Shown here piece after piece: positions 22,525 through 36,100 of a DNA stretch of 64,000 nucleotides. The notes beneath the pieces were generated by a model. That model did not search any database, was not told where the DNA came from, and was given only the letters and a program-made list of their open reading frames with translations. This stretch comes from Eledone cirrhosa (lineage: Eukaryota). Every line of letters begins with the position of its first letter. The stretch's first letter is position 1. The translations under genes were made by a program, and so were the position numbers. The DNA lies in the NCBI GenBank assembly GCA_964016885.1, contig OZ024743.1, positions 83,142,001-83,206,000 of the forward strand, given 5' to 3'.

Positions 22525-22860
22525 CGTAGTTCTCAGGGAGATTCAGCGAGACAAAACGTGTGACATGGCCTCCTTTTTAAATACATATAGAACCCATCTT
22601 ATATTATAATGTGTCGGTGTTTCATTGACACGTGTTCCGTTGACATTGTTCTCAGGGAGATTCAGTGTGACAATTCTATGTAACAACGTCCTCCTATAAT
22701 GACTGGTACAACTAATTATTTTTGCCAGTTGGGTGAAATAAAACAATGAGAAATAAAGTGTCTTGTTCAAGGCCCCAACGTACAGACCACCCGGTATGAG
22801 ATTCGAACTCACGAACCATACGTTTGTGAATTACGTGCTATCACCGCGTAAACCCAGTTT
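22525..22860 (-). mobile_element. Older tRNA-derived SINE with duplicated tail
   Basis: B box GAGTTCGAATC; CCTTGAACAAGACACTTTATTTC domain; tail CTGAATCTCCCTGAGAAC present twice. Confidence 0.7.
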
Positions 22861-23379
22861 CCTCCACACAAAATACACCAGAATAATTTAATCCGGATTA
22901 ATTCACGAACAATATTTACAATAAGTCGCTGAGAGTGATCTCCCTTGGCTGACTTTCAAATCTTTTCTTCCATAAGAAATTAATTTGTTTCATGTCCGAC
23001 TGAAAGACTCTGGAGTTTTTACCTGTCTTGGGTTTAATTAATGAGGAATTTTGAGGTATTTATAACAATTATTAATTATTTCATTACTGAGATATCATTT
23101 GAAGGATTTACTGAAGTTTTTACTTATTAATTATTATATTAGTAACTTAATATGTGGTTCTTGTATAAAATTATGCTGGAAGATTTTAGGAAGAAGCTAT
23201 GTAGCTGGTCCCGGTAAAATAGACTCCCAGGCTATGTAGCCGGTAAGAGTGCCAGACTCCATGTGTTGCGGCCCTTTATGGTCTGAGTTAAGACAATTTA
23301 AAATCTATTCCACCATCAAATGTTAAAAAACAAGTTAAAATCATTTAGTCATTCATTCGTAACGTACGTTACACTTTAG

Positions 23380-24385
23380 CTACATATACATCTACTGTGT
23401 TACATATACACACATCTACTGTTTTACATATACACATCTACTGAGTTACATAGACACACATCTACTGTGTTATATACACACACATCTACTGTGTTACATA
23501 CACACATCTACTGAGTTATACACAGACATCTACTGTGTTACATACACACACATCTACTGTGTTACATACACACATCTACTGTGTTACATAGACATCTACT
23601 GTGTTACATACACATCTACTGAGTTACATGCACAGACATCTACTGAGTTACATACGCACACATCTACTGTGTTACATGCACACACATCTACTGTGTTACA
23701 TACACATCTACTGTGTTACATACACATCTACTTAGTTTCATACAGACATCTACTGGGTTACATGCACACACATCTACTGAGTTACATACACACACTGTGT
23801 TACATACATACACATCTACTGTATTACATACACATCTACTAGGTTACATGCACACACATCTACTGAGTTACATACACACATCTACTGTGTTACATAGATA
23901 TCTACTGTGTTACATACACACACATCTACTGTGTTAGATACACACATCTACTGGGTTACATAGACATCTACTGAGTTACATGCACACACATCTAGTGAGT
24001 TACATACACACACATCTACTGTGTTACATACACACACATCTGTGTTACATAATCATATGAGTTACATACACACACATCTACTGAGTTACATGCACACACA
24101 TCTACTGAGTTACATACACATCTACTGAGTTACATACACATCTACTGGGTTACATACACACATCTACTGAGTTAAATACACACACATCTACTGTGTTATA
24201 TACAGACAGCTACTGAGTTACATAGACACACATCTACTGTGTTACATACATACACATCTACCGAGTTACATGCACACACATCTACTGGGTTACATACACA
24301 CACCTCTACTGTGTTATATACAAACATCTACTGAGTTACATAGACACACATCTACTGGGTTACACACCCACACATCTACTCATAC
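23380..24385 (+). repeat. ~20-24-bp satellite (CACATCTACTG[A/T/G]GTTACATACA), about 45 units
   Basis: Directly visible tandem array with variable CA spacer. Confidence 0.95.
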
Positions 24386-25260
24386 ATATTCTTAAATAGA
24401 CACACAATACAAAATAATTATTACATACACACACATTTATGTAATGATTGTGGGAGGAATTGGCTGGTGAAACGCTATAGCGATGTGTGTGTTGCGTACC
24501 ATTAAGGTTTACCGGCTTCGTAGCATTTTCAAAGATTTTATTATAATTATGAACCTTGAACTTCAACTAATTATGAATAATTTTGAGCTATTTATCACAA
24601 TTGTTGGTTAATTACTAACATAGTAACTTTACATATGGTTGTTATATAAAATTTCGTTGGAAGACTTTAATTTAGATAGGAACCATTTCCACAGAACGAG
24701 AATCAATTTTGGCTGGGTTTCTACCAAAAGGGTTAATGAAGAATTTTGAACAATTTACTAAAATTATTAATTATTTCATTACTAAGATAATGTGTGAATA
24801 CACAATTATATATATATATATAAACAGTATACATATAGTATACAAAAGATGTAGTGGGATAATGAGTAGTCTTAAGACAAGTCTGTCTAGATAGCTGCGC
24901 TGTAACTTACACTTATTGGGACTGTGTTGGCTAGCAGGCCTGTATTTTGGAGTCTAGCTGGTCCATTATGAGGGAGGTGTGGTTAGTTGGCAGCACCATG
25001 CCTTACTTGTGGTATATGTATGTATAAATTATTGCATATATATAACGGTCCATCTATATGTATACATGTATGTTTACGTATATGTTTGCATACATATATA
25101 CATTTTCAGATGTATACACGTAAGAGTATATATATCTTTATATATATATATATATATGTATATTTATAAATATATAAACATAGATATGAGTGTATATATA
25201 TATTTATATATATATATATCAATCATCTTTTAATATATATATGTATATATAAAATATATA

Positions 25261-25337
25261 CAGGGTCTCTCTCAAAATGTATACACACTTCAACTACAGT
25301 CTATGTAAATATGTATACATATTTTAGGGACACCCTG
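25261..25337. mobile_element. Tc1/mariner-type MITE
   Basis: TA|CAGGGT...ACCCTG|TA; almost entirely palindromic. Confidence 0.75.
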
Positions 25338-25879
25338 TATATATATACATATCATGTAACGTGACTCCTACTATTATTGGTTGTACAGATCGTCACAGAT
25401 GAAAATATTTATTTCGACCAAGATTGAATATTTAATGGAATTAAGTGGAATTAGGAAATAAGACAATAAAAGAGTGAAATGAAGACATAAGAGGTACATA
25501 GAGTAAAAGAAGAGAGGGGAGAGAGAATTAACACAGTTTTGTCTTTCTATCTCTCTCACTCCTTCCATATTTTATTGTCTCTTACTACTCCTCGTAAAAG
25601 CAGGTCTGACCTTTAGTGTGAATTATATCCACTTATGTAGGTTTAACTTTACCAAGATTACCGAATAACTGCTCGAACTTGGGGCTTCTGAAACTAACTT
25701 ATTGTGTTCACAGATGTTGGATGATAATCTTCACCAATAAAAATGTGAAGAAGCAAGGTAATAGATCTTTCTTTTTGTTTGTATTTGAATTAATTTTTCC
25801 GTGTTTTCTTTTCTTTTGCTTGTAAATAGAAGCCACGTGTTGTAAGAGTGGTTGAGTTACTGCAGTGTTAATGCTTCAG

Positions 25880-26245
25880 TGTGTGAAAGCCAGGTTAACA
25901 GAGAATATGTACGGAACCATGCAAATGCTCTCCCATAGATCTTTCTTTGATTCACGGAGCATCATGCTGAAGAAGATTGAAAATAAGTTTGGGGCAAGGA
26001 CACAGCCTTGTTTCACGTCATTCTTGATGAAGAATTAATCAGAGACCATCATTGTGCTTTACCTGTTCCTGCTGTCCTGTGTGGAGTTGTTGTAGCATGG
26101 TCTGGAATTTTAACGGACATCCAAGTCTTCTGAGGATCTTCCACAGTCCATCCCTAGTAACTGTATCAAATGCCTTCGTCAGGCCAATGAAGGCAGCGTA
26201 CAAGGCCATATTTTTCTCTCTAGTGGCTATCAGACAGAGTGTATG
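25880..26245 (-). mobile_element. Degenerate RTE/BovB-like RT fragment
   Basis: TKAFDTV and VKQGCVLAPNLFSIFFS. Confidence 0.7.
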
Positions 26246-26452
26246 ACGTACATTTGTCGTCCTTAAAAAAAGAAATAATGTTCAAGGGCAGATAATCCGA
26301 CCTACTATATATCTCGATTACCTCCCTTGTCCTACAAATTTAAAGCACAAAAATATTTTCGCAAACTGAATAAAAATGAAAATTTATTGAAAGACGTATT
26401 TATACATACTGGCAATCTCTCTCTCTCTCTCTCTCTCTCCCCTCCACACCGA

Positions 26453-29400
26453 AATGGACTGCATGCAGGTAAAAGGTGAAATTAAAAGCCAGCGAAACTG
26501 GTCAAAGATTGAACTAGCGGTTTTGATCAAAGAATGGACTTGGCTGATGTGTCACCACCAAGCAAAAAGATTGCGGAGACCCTGAGAAACCATGGCTTCC
26601 TGAGGACTCTGGCGTGCGCAGATAGAAATAAAAAGAAAAGAAATCGAGAAGGCCTATGAACTCATAGAGCCACATATGGCGATGCTAAGCCGTGTCCTCG
26701 AGGAGGAGAAAAACGGGGAGAAAGAGAGGAAAAGAAAAAGAAAAGGAAAAGGAAAAAAGCACAAGCACGGACCTGAAAGAAAGTGAGATACCCGCCGCCA
26801 CAGTCAGGGAGGGCAGGCCGGGCAACCAACAAGCAAACGGTAAAGGTGAGAAGCGAAATCACCTTCCGAAGGAGAACCATGCGGAGAGGAACCAGTGGAC
26901 AACTGTCCAGAGGAAGAACAAAAAGCACCGAGACACTGGGAGCAAGAAAACCCAGGTAATGTGCAAGTTCTTCAGGAACGGGACCTGCTGGCATGGAGAG
27001 AAGTGGTGGGCTGCAGATTCGCTCACCCCAGGCTCCACGCGAAATATGCCCATGCCCATCCTACTCGTGCAACATGCCTAAGCCAAAACAAGCCGCTCCA
27101 GAAGTATGCTGAAGTCGCGCGTGCCGCGCCAACAAGGAGAAGGCACACACATGCCGAGGAGATACAGATGGCAGCAGCAGAGCAGAACATTTTTTTAGAA
27201 GATTGTGGGACAGCTGACCTGGTTGCATCGTTTTCACAGCCAGGGTCACCCACACCAGTACTCGAGACCACCACAATTGAGGGACTCAGAGTGGCTGCCG
27301 CTGACACCAGGCTAGGTGTCATACCGACAGCCATTGCTGGCACCCCAAAAGTCGCACCAGTGCTGCTGCTAAATGTCAGAGACCTGGTGAAACTCACTAA
27401 CATGAGTAAAATTTCCTACCTGGGAGACTTAGCCATAAGCAATCAAGCATTATGCATGGCACTAACCGAAACACACCTGAAAAGCAGTATAGCAGATGCA
27501 GAAATACATATACCGAAATATACTGTATTTCGTTCTGACAGGAAGGAGAGAACTCACGGTGGGGTTGCTCTGTATATCCGTGAAGATGTCACACCAATTG
27601 TACTGTTGACACATTCAAACTCAGTCTGTGACACACTGATAGTACTTATGAAGCAACTACAGACAGTAATATGTGTCACATATCGGCCGCCCTATGCCCC
27701 CAGTCATGAGGGTAAATTTGAGGATAGCCTCAGTAGGATAGAAGAGGTCCTTGACAAACTGGACCAGGGTCTCAACATTCTACTGCTGGGAGACTTCAAC
27801 CTGCCAAAGGTCAAATGGCCTGAGGGCCACCTCCTCCCTGGAATGACGTCAATAGAACAGAGACAGACGGAATCCCTGCTGGCCCTCACACACAGGCTGT
27901 TCATAGAACAAGCAGTACTCCTCCCAACAAGAGGCGAACATGTCCTGGACATCTGTTTTACAAACAATGAAGTGCTCATCCACAATGTAAGGGTGACACC
28001 AATCATTTTCTCGGATCATAACTTAGTAGAACTAATGATATGTGGTCCGAGAGAACCAACAGAGACACAACCATCAAGAAGCACCCGGACGTTATCCGGC
28101 CTTAACTTCTACAAGGCTAACTGGAAAAAGATCAAGAGATAAATCCGGAAGCAAATATGGAGTGAAAATACCGCCACACAAGACACCAACACACAATTTC
28201 AACACTTAATGACAACGATACACACTATATGCAAGAAGTTTGTCCTGGAGAAAAAGGCAAACAGGAACAAAAATATTATTCCCAGAGATAGGAAAATCCC
28301 CATGAGACGTAGAACCAAGCTCTCAAACCAGTTGAATGCACAACAAGAAAACAAGAACAAGAAGGAACCCTATTTGAAATGTGCACTACTTGACACCGAG
28401 ATTGCACTCAAACTTTCCCATGAAAATGAGAGGGCAAAGAAAGAAAGCAGGGCCATAGAAAATATTAAAACAAACCCTAAGGCCTTCTTTAAATTTACAA
28501 AAGAAACTGCCTCGGTACACTGCAAGACGGTTCATTAACCGATAATCCCCAAGGGATATGTGAAATACTGAACGAACAGTACAGAGGTGTGTTCACATGT
28601 CCACTGAGGCGCATGCAAATAACAAAGCCAGAGGAGTTCTTTGATGCCACAACACTACATGAAGATATGGTGACCATCAACCACATAGACATAACGGAGG
28701 AAGATGTGGTATACGTCATAGATGAAATTAGAACAGACTCAGCTGCTGGACCTGATGGATTCCCAGCAGTCCTCATAAAAATGTGTAAGCGGCCCTTAGC
28801 AACGCCACTGGAGATGCTCTTCAGAAGCTTCTTGGCTAGCGGTATATTACTCAGGGAGCTGAAAGAAGGCACAATATGCCCTATCCATAAAGGAGGTAGC
28901 AAAGCGGAGGCCAAAAACTATAGGCCAGTCTCCCTGACGTCGCATATCAGTAAGGTCATGGAGCGAGTTGTCAGAAAGAAACTGATCACTTTCCTCGAGG
29001 AAAATGACCGCCTGACTAGCATGCAGCTTGGATTTCACACAGGAAGAAGCTGCTTTACACAGCTGATACATCACTACGACTGAGTACTGAAACAACTGCT
29101 AGACAGCTCACATGTGGACGTGATATATCTTGACTTTGACAAGGTCGACCACGGAATGATATGTCACAAACTACACGGACTCGGCATAACTGGAAAAGTA
29201 GGTGAGTGGCTGCACGACTTCTTAAAGGTCAGAAGCCAGACAGTCGCAGCTAACGGGGCCTTCTCAAAGGAAACATTAATAACAAGTGGAGTGCTCCAAG
29301 GGACAGTCCTAGGACCACTACTATTTTTGGTGGCTCGCTCAGACATGCCCTCTGTAGTACATACAACAACATCCCTCACTAGCTATGCTGATGACACTAA

Positions 29401-30150
29401 GGTAGCACAGGCAATCAAAAACCCGGCTGACGCTGCCCTTTTACAACAAGATCTGGATGCCATATACAAATGGGCGGAAGAAAACAACATGCAGTTTAAT
29501 GCTGGCAAATTCCAAGCCCTACAATACAAACCTCCAAACAAACCTGCAAACACAAATACAGTATAAAACAGTTACGCAGGACCAAGATGGACCGTTATCC
29601 CCGAGTCAAAATCTATACGAGACCTGGGTATAGACATGAGCGATGATGCATCTTTTTCCTCACACATCATGAAAGTGGCGACAATGTGCAGACGACTCGC
29701 TGGCAGGATCTTGAGGACTTTCCGGACAAGAGAGCGTGACACCATGTTGACACTATGGAGGACATTTGTCCTAAGCCGCCTGGACTATTGCTCCCAGTTG
29801 TGATCACCCCATAGTGTCAAACTAACCACGGAGCTTGAGGCAATCCAGCGAAGCTATACCAAGAGGATTGCCACGATGAAGGAGATAAGCTACTGGGAGA
29901 GGCTAAAAGAACTGAACCTCTACTCATTGGAACGAAGACGTGAGAGATACGCAGTGATCTACATGTGGAAAATCCTGGAGGGACTAGCACCAAACTAGAA
30001 TAAGGAGCAGATACTGTAATAGCCTGGGATTCAAGCTGCCGAGGGATCTGAGAGATCTGCATGGTGTGGAGGTGGATGTCTTCAAGAAACATCTCGACAC
30101 CTTGCTATCCAGGATCCCGGATAAGCCCACAGCAAGGCATGAGGGAAACC
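26453..30150 (+). mobile_element. Near full-length, inactivated CR1-group LINE (ORF1 remnant with CCCH finger, APE, RT)
   Basis: CKFFRNGTC..CRFAHP; LTETHL, YRPP, GDFNLP and SDHN (APE); NYRPVSL, QGTVLGP and YADD (RT); several stops and frameshifts. Confidence 0.9.
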
Positions 30151-30157
30151 TAGGGGC

Positions 30158-33100
30158 ATATTATATTATATTATATTATATTATATGATTTTAATTATAT
30201 TATATTATATTAATTATATTATATTGTATCAATTATATTATAATATATTATATTAATAATTGTTTCTACTTTTGGCACAAGGCCAGCAATTATCCAGTGC
30301 AATACTGGTACTTTATTTTATCGACCCCGTAAGGATGAAAGGCAAAGTTAACCTCGGCGGGATTTGAACTCAAACCATAAAGGGGCGTAACTCTTTGCTG
30401 CAAAGCTAGCGTCAGACCCTCTACCGATACTGCCAATCCACCGCCCTTATTATTAATATATTATATTAATAATATTAATTAAATTACATTATCGGTGGAT
30501 TAGCAATATCGGTGAAGAGTCAAACGTCATGCTTTGACACATAGAGTTACGGCCCTTTCTATTCTGAGTTCAAATCCCGCCTAGGTCAACTTTGTCTTTC
30601 ATCCTTAAGGGGTCGATAAAATAAACTACCAGTAATACACTGGGTATGGCTGTCCTTGTGCCAAAAGTAGAAACAATTATATTATATTATATATATTAAT
30701 TATATTAATTATATTATATTATATTATATTGATTATATTAATTATATTAATAATATTATATTACATTATATTATATTAATTATATTAATTGAATTGGCAG
30801 TATCGGTAGAGGGTTTGGCACCATGCTTTCTAGCATAGTTACGTCCCTTTACAGTCTGAGTTCAAATCCCGCCGAGGTTAACTTTGCCTTTCATCCTTAC
30901 GGGGTCGATAAAATAAAGTACCAGTAATGTACTGGATATTTGCTGGCCTTGTGCCTAAGTAGAAACAATTATATTAATTATATTAATTTGCTTTGAAGTA
31001 TAGAGTTACGTCCCTTTATGATCTGAGTTCAACTCCCGCCGAGGTTAACTTTGCCTTTCATCCTTACGGGGTCGATAAAATAAAGTACCAGTAATACACT
31101 TGATAATTGCTGGCCTTGTGCCAAAAGTAGAAACAATTATATATTATATTATATTATATTATATTATAAATTATATTATATTATAAATTATATTATATTA
31201 TATTATAAATTAAATTAAATTAAATTAAATTAAAAGGGCGGTGGATTGGCAGTATTGGTAGAAGGTCGGATGCCATGCTTTCCAGCATAGTTACGTCCCT
31301 TTACGATCTGATTTCAAATCTCGCCACGGTTGACTTTGCCTTTCATCCTTACGGGGTCGATAAAATAAAGTACCAGTAATGCATTGGGTAATTGTTGGCC
31401 TTGTGCCTAAAGTAGAAACAATTATATTAATTATACTAATTATATTATATTATATTGTATTATATTATATTAATTATAATAATTATATTATATTATATTA
31501 AATTATAGAAACAATTATATTAAATTATATTAATTATATGAATTATATTATATTATATTATATATAATAATTCAATTAATTATATTAATTATATTAATTT
31601 ATTTATATTATATTAATTATATTAATTATATTATATTATAGTAATTATATTAATTATATTATATTATATTATATTATATTATATTATATTATATTATATT
31701 AATTATATTATATTATATTAAATATATTATATTATACGGGGTCGATAAAATAAAGTACCAGTAATGTACTGAGTAATTGCTGGCCTTGTGCCAATAGTAG
31801 AAACAATTATATTAATTATATTATATTCTATTATATTATAATATTTCATATTATATTATATTATATTATATTATATTATATTATATAGTATTAATTATAT
31901 TATATTAGATTAATTATATTATATTAGATTAATTATATTATATTAGATTAATTATATTATGTTATATTAATTATATTATATTATATTATATTATATTTTA
32001 ATATATTATATTATATATTATATTACATTAATTATATTATTTATATTAATTATATTATATTATATTATATTATAATAATTCTAATAATTCTATTAATTCT
32101 ATTAATTTATTTATATTATAGTAATAATATTAATCATATTAATTTTATTTTATTATATTATATTAAATTTTATTAATTATATTATTTATATTTATTATAT
32201 TATATTATAGTATATTATATTATATTAATTATATTAATTAAATTAATTATATTATTTATAGTCATTATATTATATTATATTATGTTAATTATATTAATTA
32301 TATTATATATTATATTATATATTATATTATATTAATTATATTAATTATATTATCTTCTATCTTCTATATATATAAAACCGAGGATGTGTGTGTGTCTGTG
32401 TACAAATTTGGATACCTAAGGCTTTTAGAATTACCAAACGAATTTCACCAAATTTTCTGTGCACGTTCCACTGGTCGCTAAGGTGGTTACATCACAAACA
32501 TTTTTCAAAGCGACCCATGTTGAGCAATAAAAAATCGATATCAAAATTATCGGTAGCAAAATTGATCTAAGGGAGATAACGAACTTTATTGACAATCCTT
32601 ATAAAAAAGGGAGATAACCAACTTTATTTACAGAAATATAAACATCAGATTCATTTGAAGATAAATCATTAATATTATCGTTTGTTTCTTGTTTATTCTT
32701 TGTTGCACTTTCAAAGTTACAAAAAACACTTGTTGTTTTAACTTGTTTCACTATATTAAGTGTTAATTTTCGCGTTAAGGGCCTAATCTCGCAGCAGTCT
32801 CGAATTGGCTTATACCACCATATTTCAAAGAAGAGGTGGCATATTTTTCCTCGATGCTCCAGGGTTGACAGGAAAAACTTTCGTTACTAAACTTCTTCTT
32901 GCAAAGGTTAGACAGAATAAGGACATAGCAATAGCAGTTGCGTCCTCTGGAATCGCAGCAACTTTGCTCCCTGGTGGAAGGACGGCACATTCAGTTTTTA
33001 AATTGCCTATTGATTTGGCAAAATGGAAATTCCAAAGACTCCGAAAGAGCTCATCTGCTGCGAAGGTGTCACCTTATTGTTTGGGATGAGTGCACAATGG

Positions 33101-36100
33101 CGCACAAAGGTGCTCTTGAGGCACTAGACAGGTCTTTGCAAGACATACGGGATTGCAGTGATGTTATGGGGGGTGTCACCCTTCTGCTATCAGGAGACTT
33201 CAGACAGACTCTTCCTATAATACCGAAAGGAACAAGAGCAGATGCGGTAAATGCATGTCTTAAGTCTTCACCATTGTGGCGACAAGTGACATCATTAAGA
33301 ATAACTACCAACATGCGTGCAAGGTTGCATGGGGACCCTCTGTCATCAACATTTTCTGGAGTCATTCTTACAATAGGAGATGGTAACATACCACCGGATA
33401 CAGATGGACACATAGCAATTGATCACATCTGCAATGTAGTTGAAACTGTCGATGTTCTCAAAGCGAGTGTATTCCCGAACTTGCGTGATAAATATACGAA
33501 TCTTGATTGGCTATGCGAAAGAGCCATTCTTGCACCCAAAAATATCACGGTTAGCTGTATTAACGATCAGCTTCTTCAGCTTCTTCCTGGATGTCCACGG
33601 ATATATAAATCTATTGATACTGTATGTGATCCACAGGATGCGGTCAATTATCCAGTTGAAATTCTAAATTCTTTAAATCCTCCTGGTTTACCTCCTAATA
33701 CATTGGTTCTGATAGAGGGAACGCCAGTTATTTTGCTGAGAAATATCACTCCTCCAAAACTATGCAAGTAAAAGAAGAACATTATTTGTCCCACACCTGT
33801 CAAAATAAGCAGAAGTCCTCAATAATTAATGCAAGCGAATATTTAGTACAATCTTTGTACACATAAAACTATGCTGATAATGAAGGAAAACACTGAACAG
33901 GATGTAGTTATACAAATGATTAAAGACAATACACGTTGCAAATCTCTAAAAAAAAAAGGCAGTTTTGCTAAAGTACAAAAAGTTGTAATGAAAGCAGAGT
34001 TGTATACAAACAAAAAAAAACAATGAGAGTAGAATAAGAGAAAATCTATTCTTTGAGAGCATCCTTTGCTGTGTATGGTCAAATTTTGAACTCATAATCC
34101 AAAATATCCTGCATGACATATTCATTGGTATGTTTTGTAATGAGTAAGGTGAAGTCAAGGCAGAGCTGTAATAAGTTTTTTTTGTTAACACTAAAGCACT
34201 TCAGGATAGATGATATTCTTTGGGTTTTTTAATGGAACAAACGCAAAGAGATTATCTCTACTGTGGATAATTCGGAACAAACGCAAAGAGGTTATCACGC
34301 CTTGTTGTTAAAAAACTGTCTCCACTTAATATTGACGCTACCATTCTATCCGGATGTGTAAAAGGTGGGGATGTGATAATAACAAAAATTAGCCTCACTA
34401 CATCAGGCGTGGATACTCTCTTCTCCTTTCGCTGAACCCAATTTCCCCTTCGTGTTGCCTTTGCGATGTCCATAAACAAGTCGCAAGGTCAAACTCTGTC
34501 CGTCACTGGAATTCACTTGGATGAACCTTGCTTTTCGCACGGACAATTCTACGTTGCCTGCTCACGAGTTGGCAGTAGAGATAATCTCTTTGCGTTTATT
34601 CCGAAAAAAAGACCCAAAGAATATCGTCTATGCTGAAGTGCTTTAGTGTTAGCAAAAAACTTATTACAGCTCTGCCTTGACTTCACCTTACTCATTACAA
34701 AACATACCAATGAATATGTCATGCAGGATATTTTTGATTATGAGTTCAAAATTTAACCATACACAGCAAAGGATGCTCTCAACGAATAGATTTTCTCTTA
34801 TTCCACTCTCATTGTTTTTGTTTTTTTTGTTTGTATACAACTCTGCTTTCATTACAACTTTTTGTACTTTAGTAAAACTGCCTGTTTTTTTTAGAGATTT
34901 GCAACGTGTATTGTCTTTAATCATTTGTATAACTACATCCTGCTTATTTTAACAGGTTGGGGACAAATAATGTTCTTCTTTTACTTCCAAGCTGTATATT
35001 CTTGGCATAATTTCAAACCCCGGGCAACGCCGGGTAAATGTGCTAGTATATTATATTCATCATATTATTTATATTAATTATATTATATTATAATATATTA
35101 TATTATATTATTTATATTAATTATATTATATTATATTATAATAAAATAAAGTACCAGTAATGCACTGGGATAATTACTGGCCTTGTGCCAAATGTAGAAA
35201 CAATTATATTATATCATATAATATTATATTATATTAATTATATTAATTATATTAATTATATTATATTATATTATATTATATTATATTATATTACATTATA
35301 TTAATTATATTAATTATATTAATTATATTATATTATATTATATTATATTACATTATATTAATTATATTAATTATATTATATTATATTATATTAATTATAT
35401 TATATTATATTATATTTATTATATTATATTATATTATATTATATTATATTATATTATATTATAATATATTAATTATATTAATTATATTATATTATATTAC
35501 ATTATATTAATTATTAATTATATTATATTATATTATATCAATTATATTAATTATACTATATTAATTATATTAATTATATTATATTATATTATATTATATT
35601 ATATTATATTATATTATATTATATTACATTATATTAATTATATTATATTATATTAATTATATTATATTATATTATATTAATTATATTAATTATATTTTAT
35701 TATATTATATTGTAATAATTATATTAATTATATTATATTATATTATATTAATTATATTAATTATAATAATTAGATTTATTATATTATATTATATTATATT
35801 ATTTGTATTGCATCTTATTTTATAATATATTATATTATATTAATTATATTAATTATATTATATTATATATTATATTATATTAATTATATAAAATATATTA
35901 ATTATATTAATTACATTAATTATATTATATTATATTATAATATATTAATTAAATTAATTATTTTAATTATATTAATTATATTATATTATATTATATTATA
36001 TTATATCAATTATATTAATTATATTATATTATATTAATTATATTAATTATATTATATTATATTAATTATATTAATTATATTAATTATATTAATTATATTA

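Noticed and set aside
25355-25700. Possible solo LTR starting TGTAAC
   Set aside because: No matching CA end or TSD found; only a partial inverted match at about 56733-56810.
32805-33771. Host PIF1 helicase gene
   Set aside because: Intronless, frameshifted and enclosed by Helitron termini.
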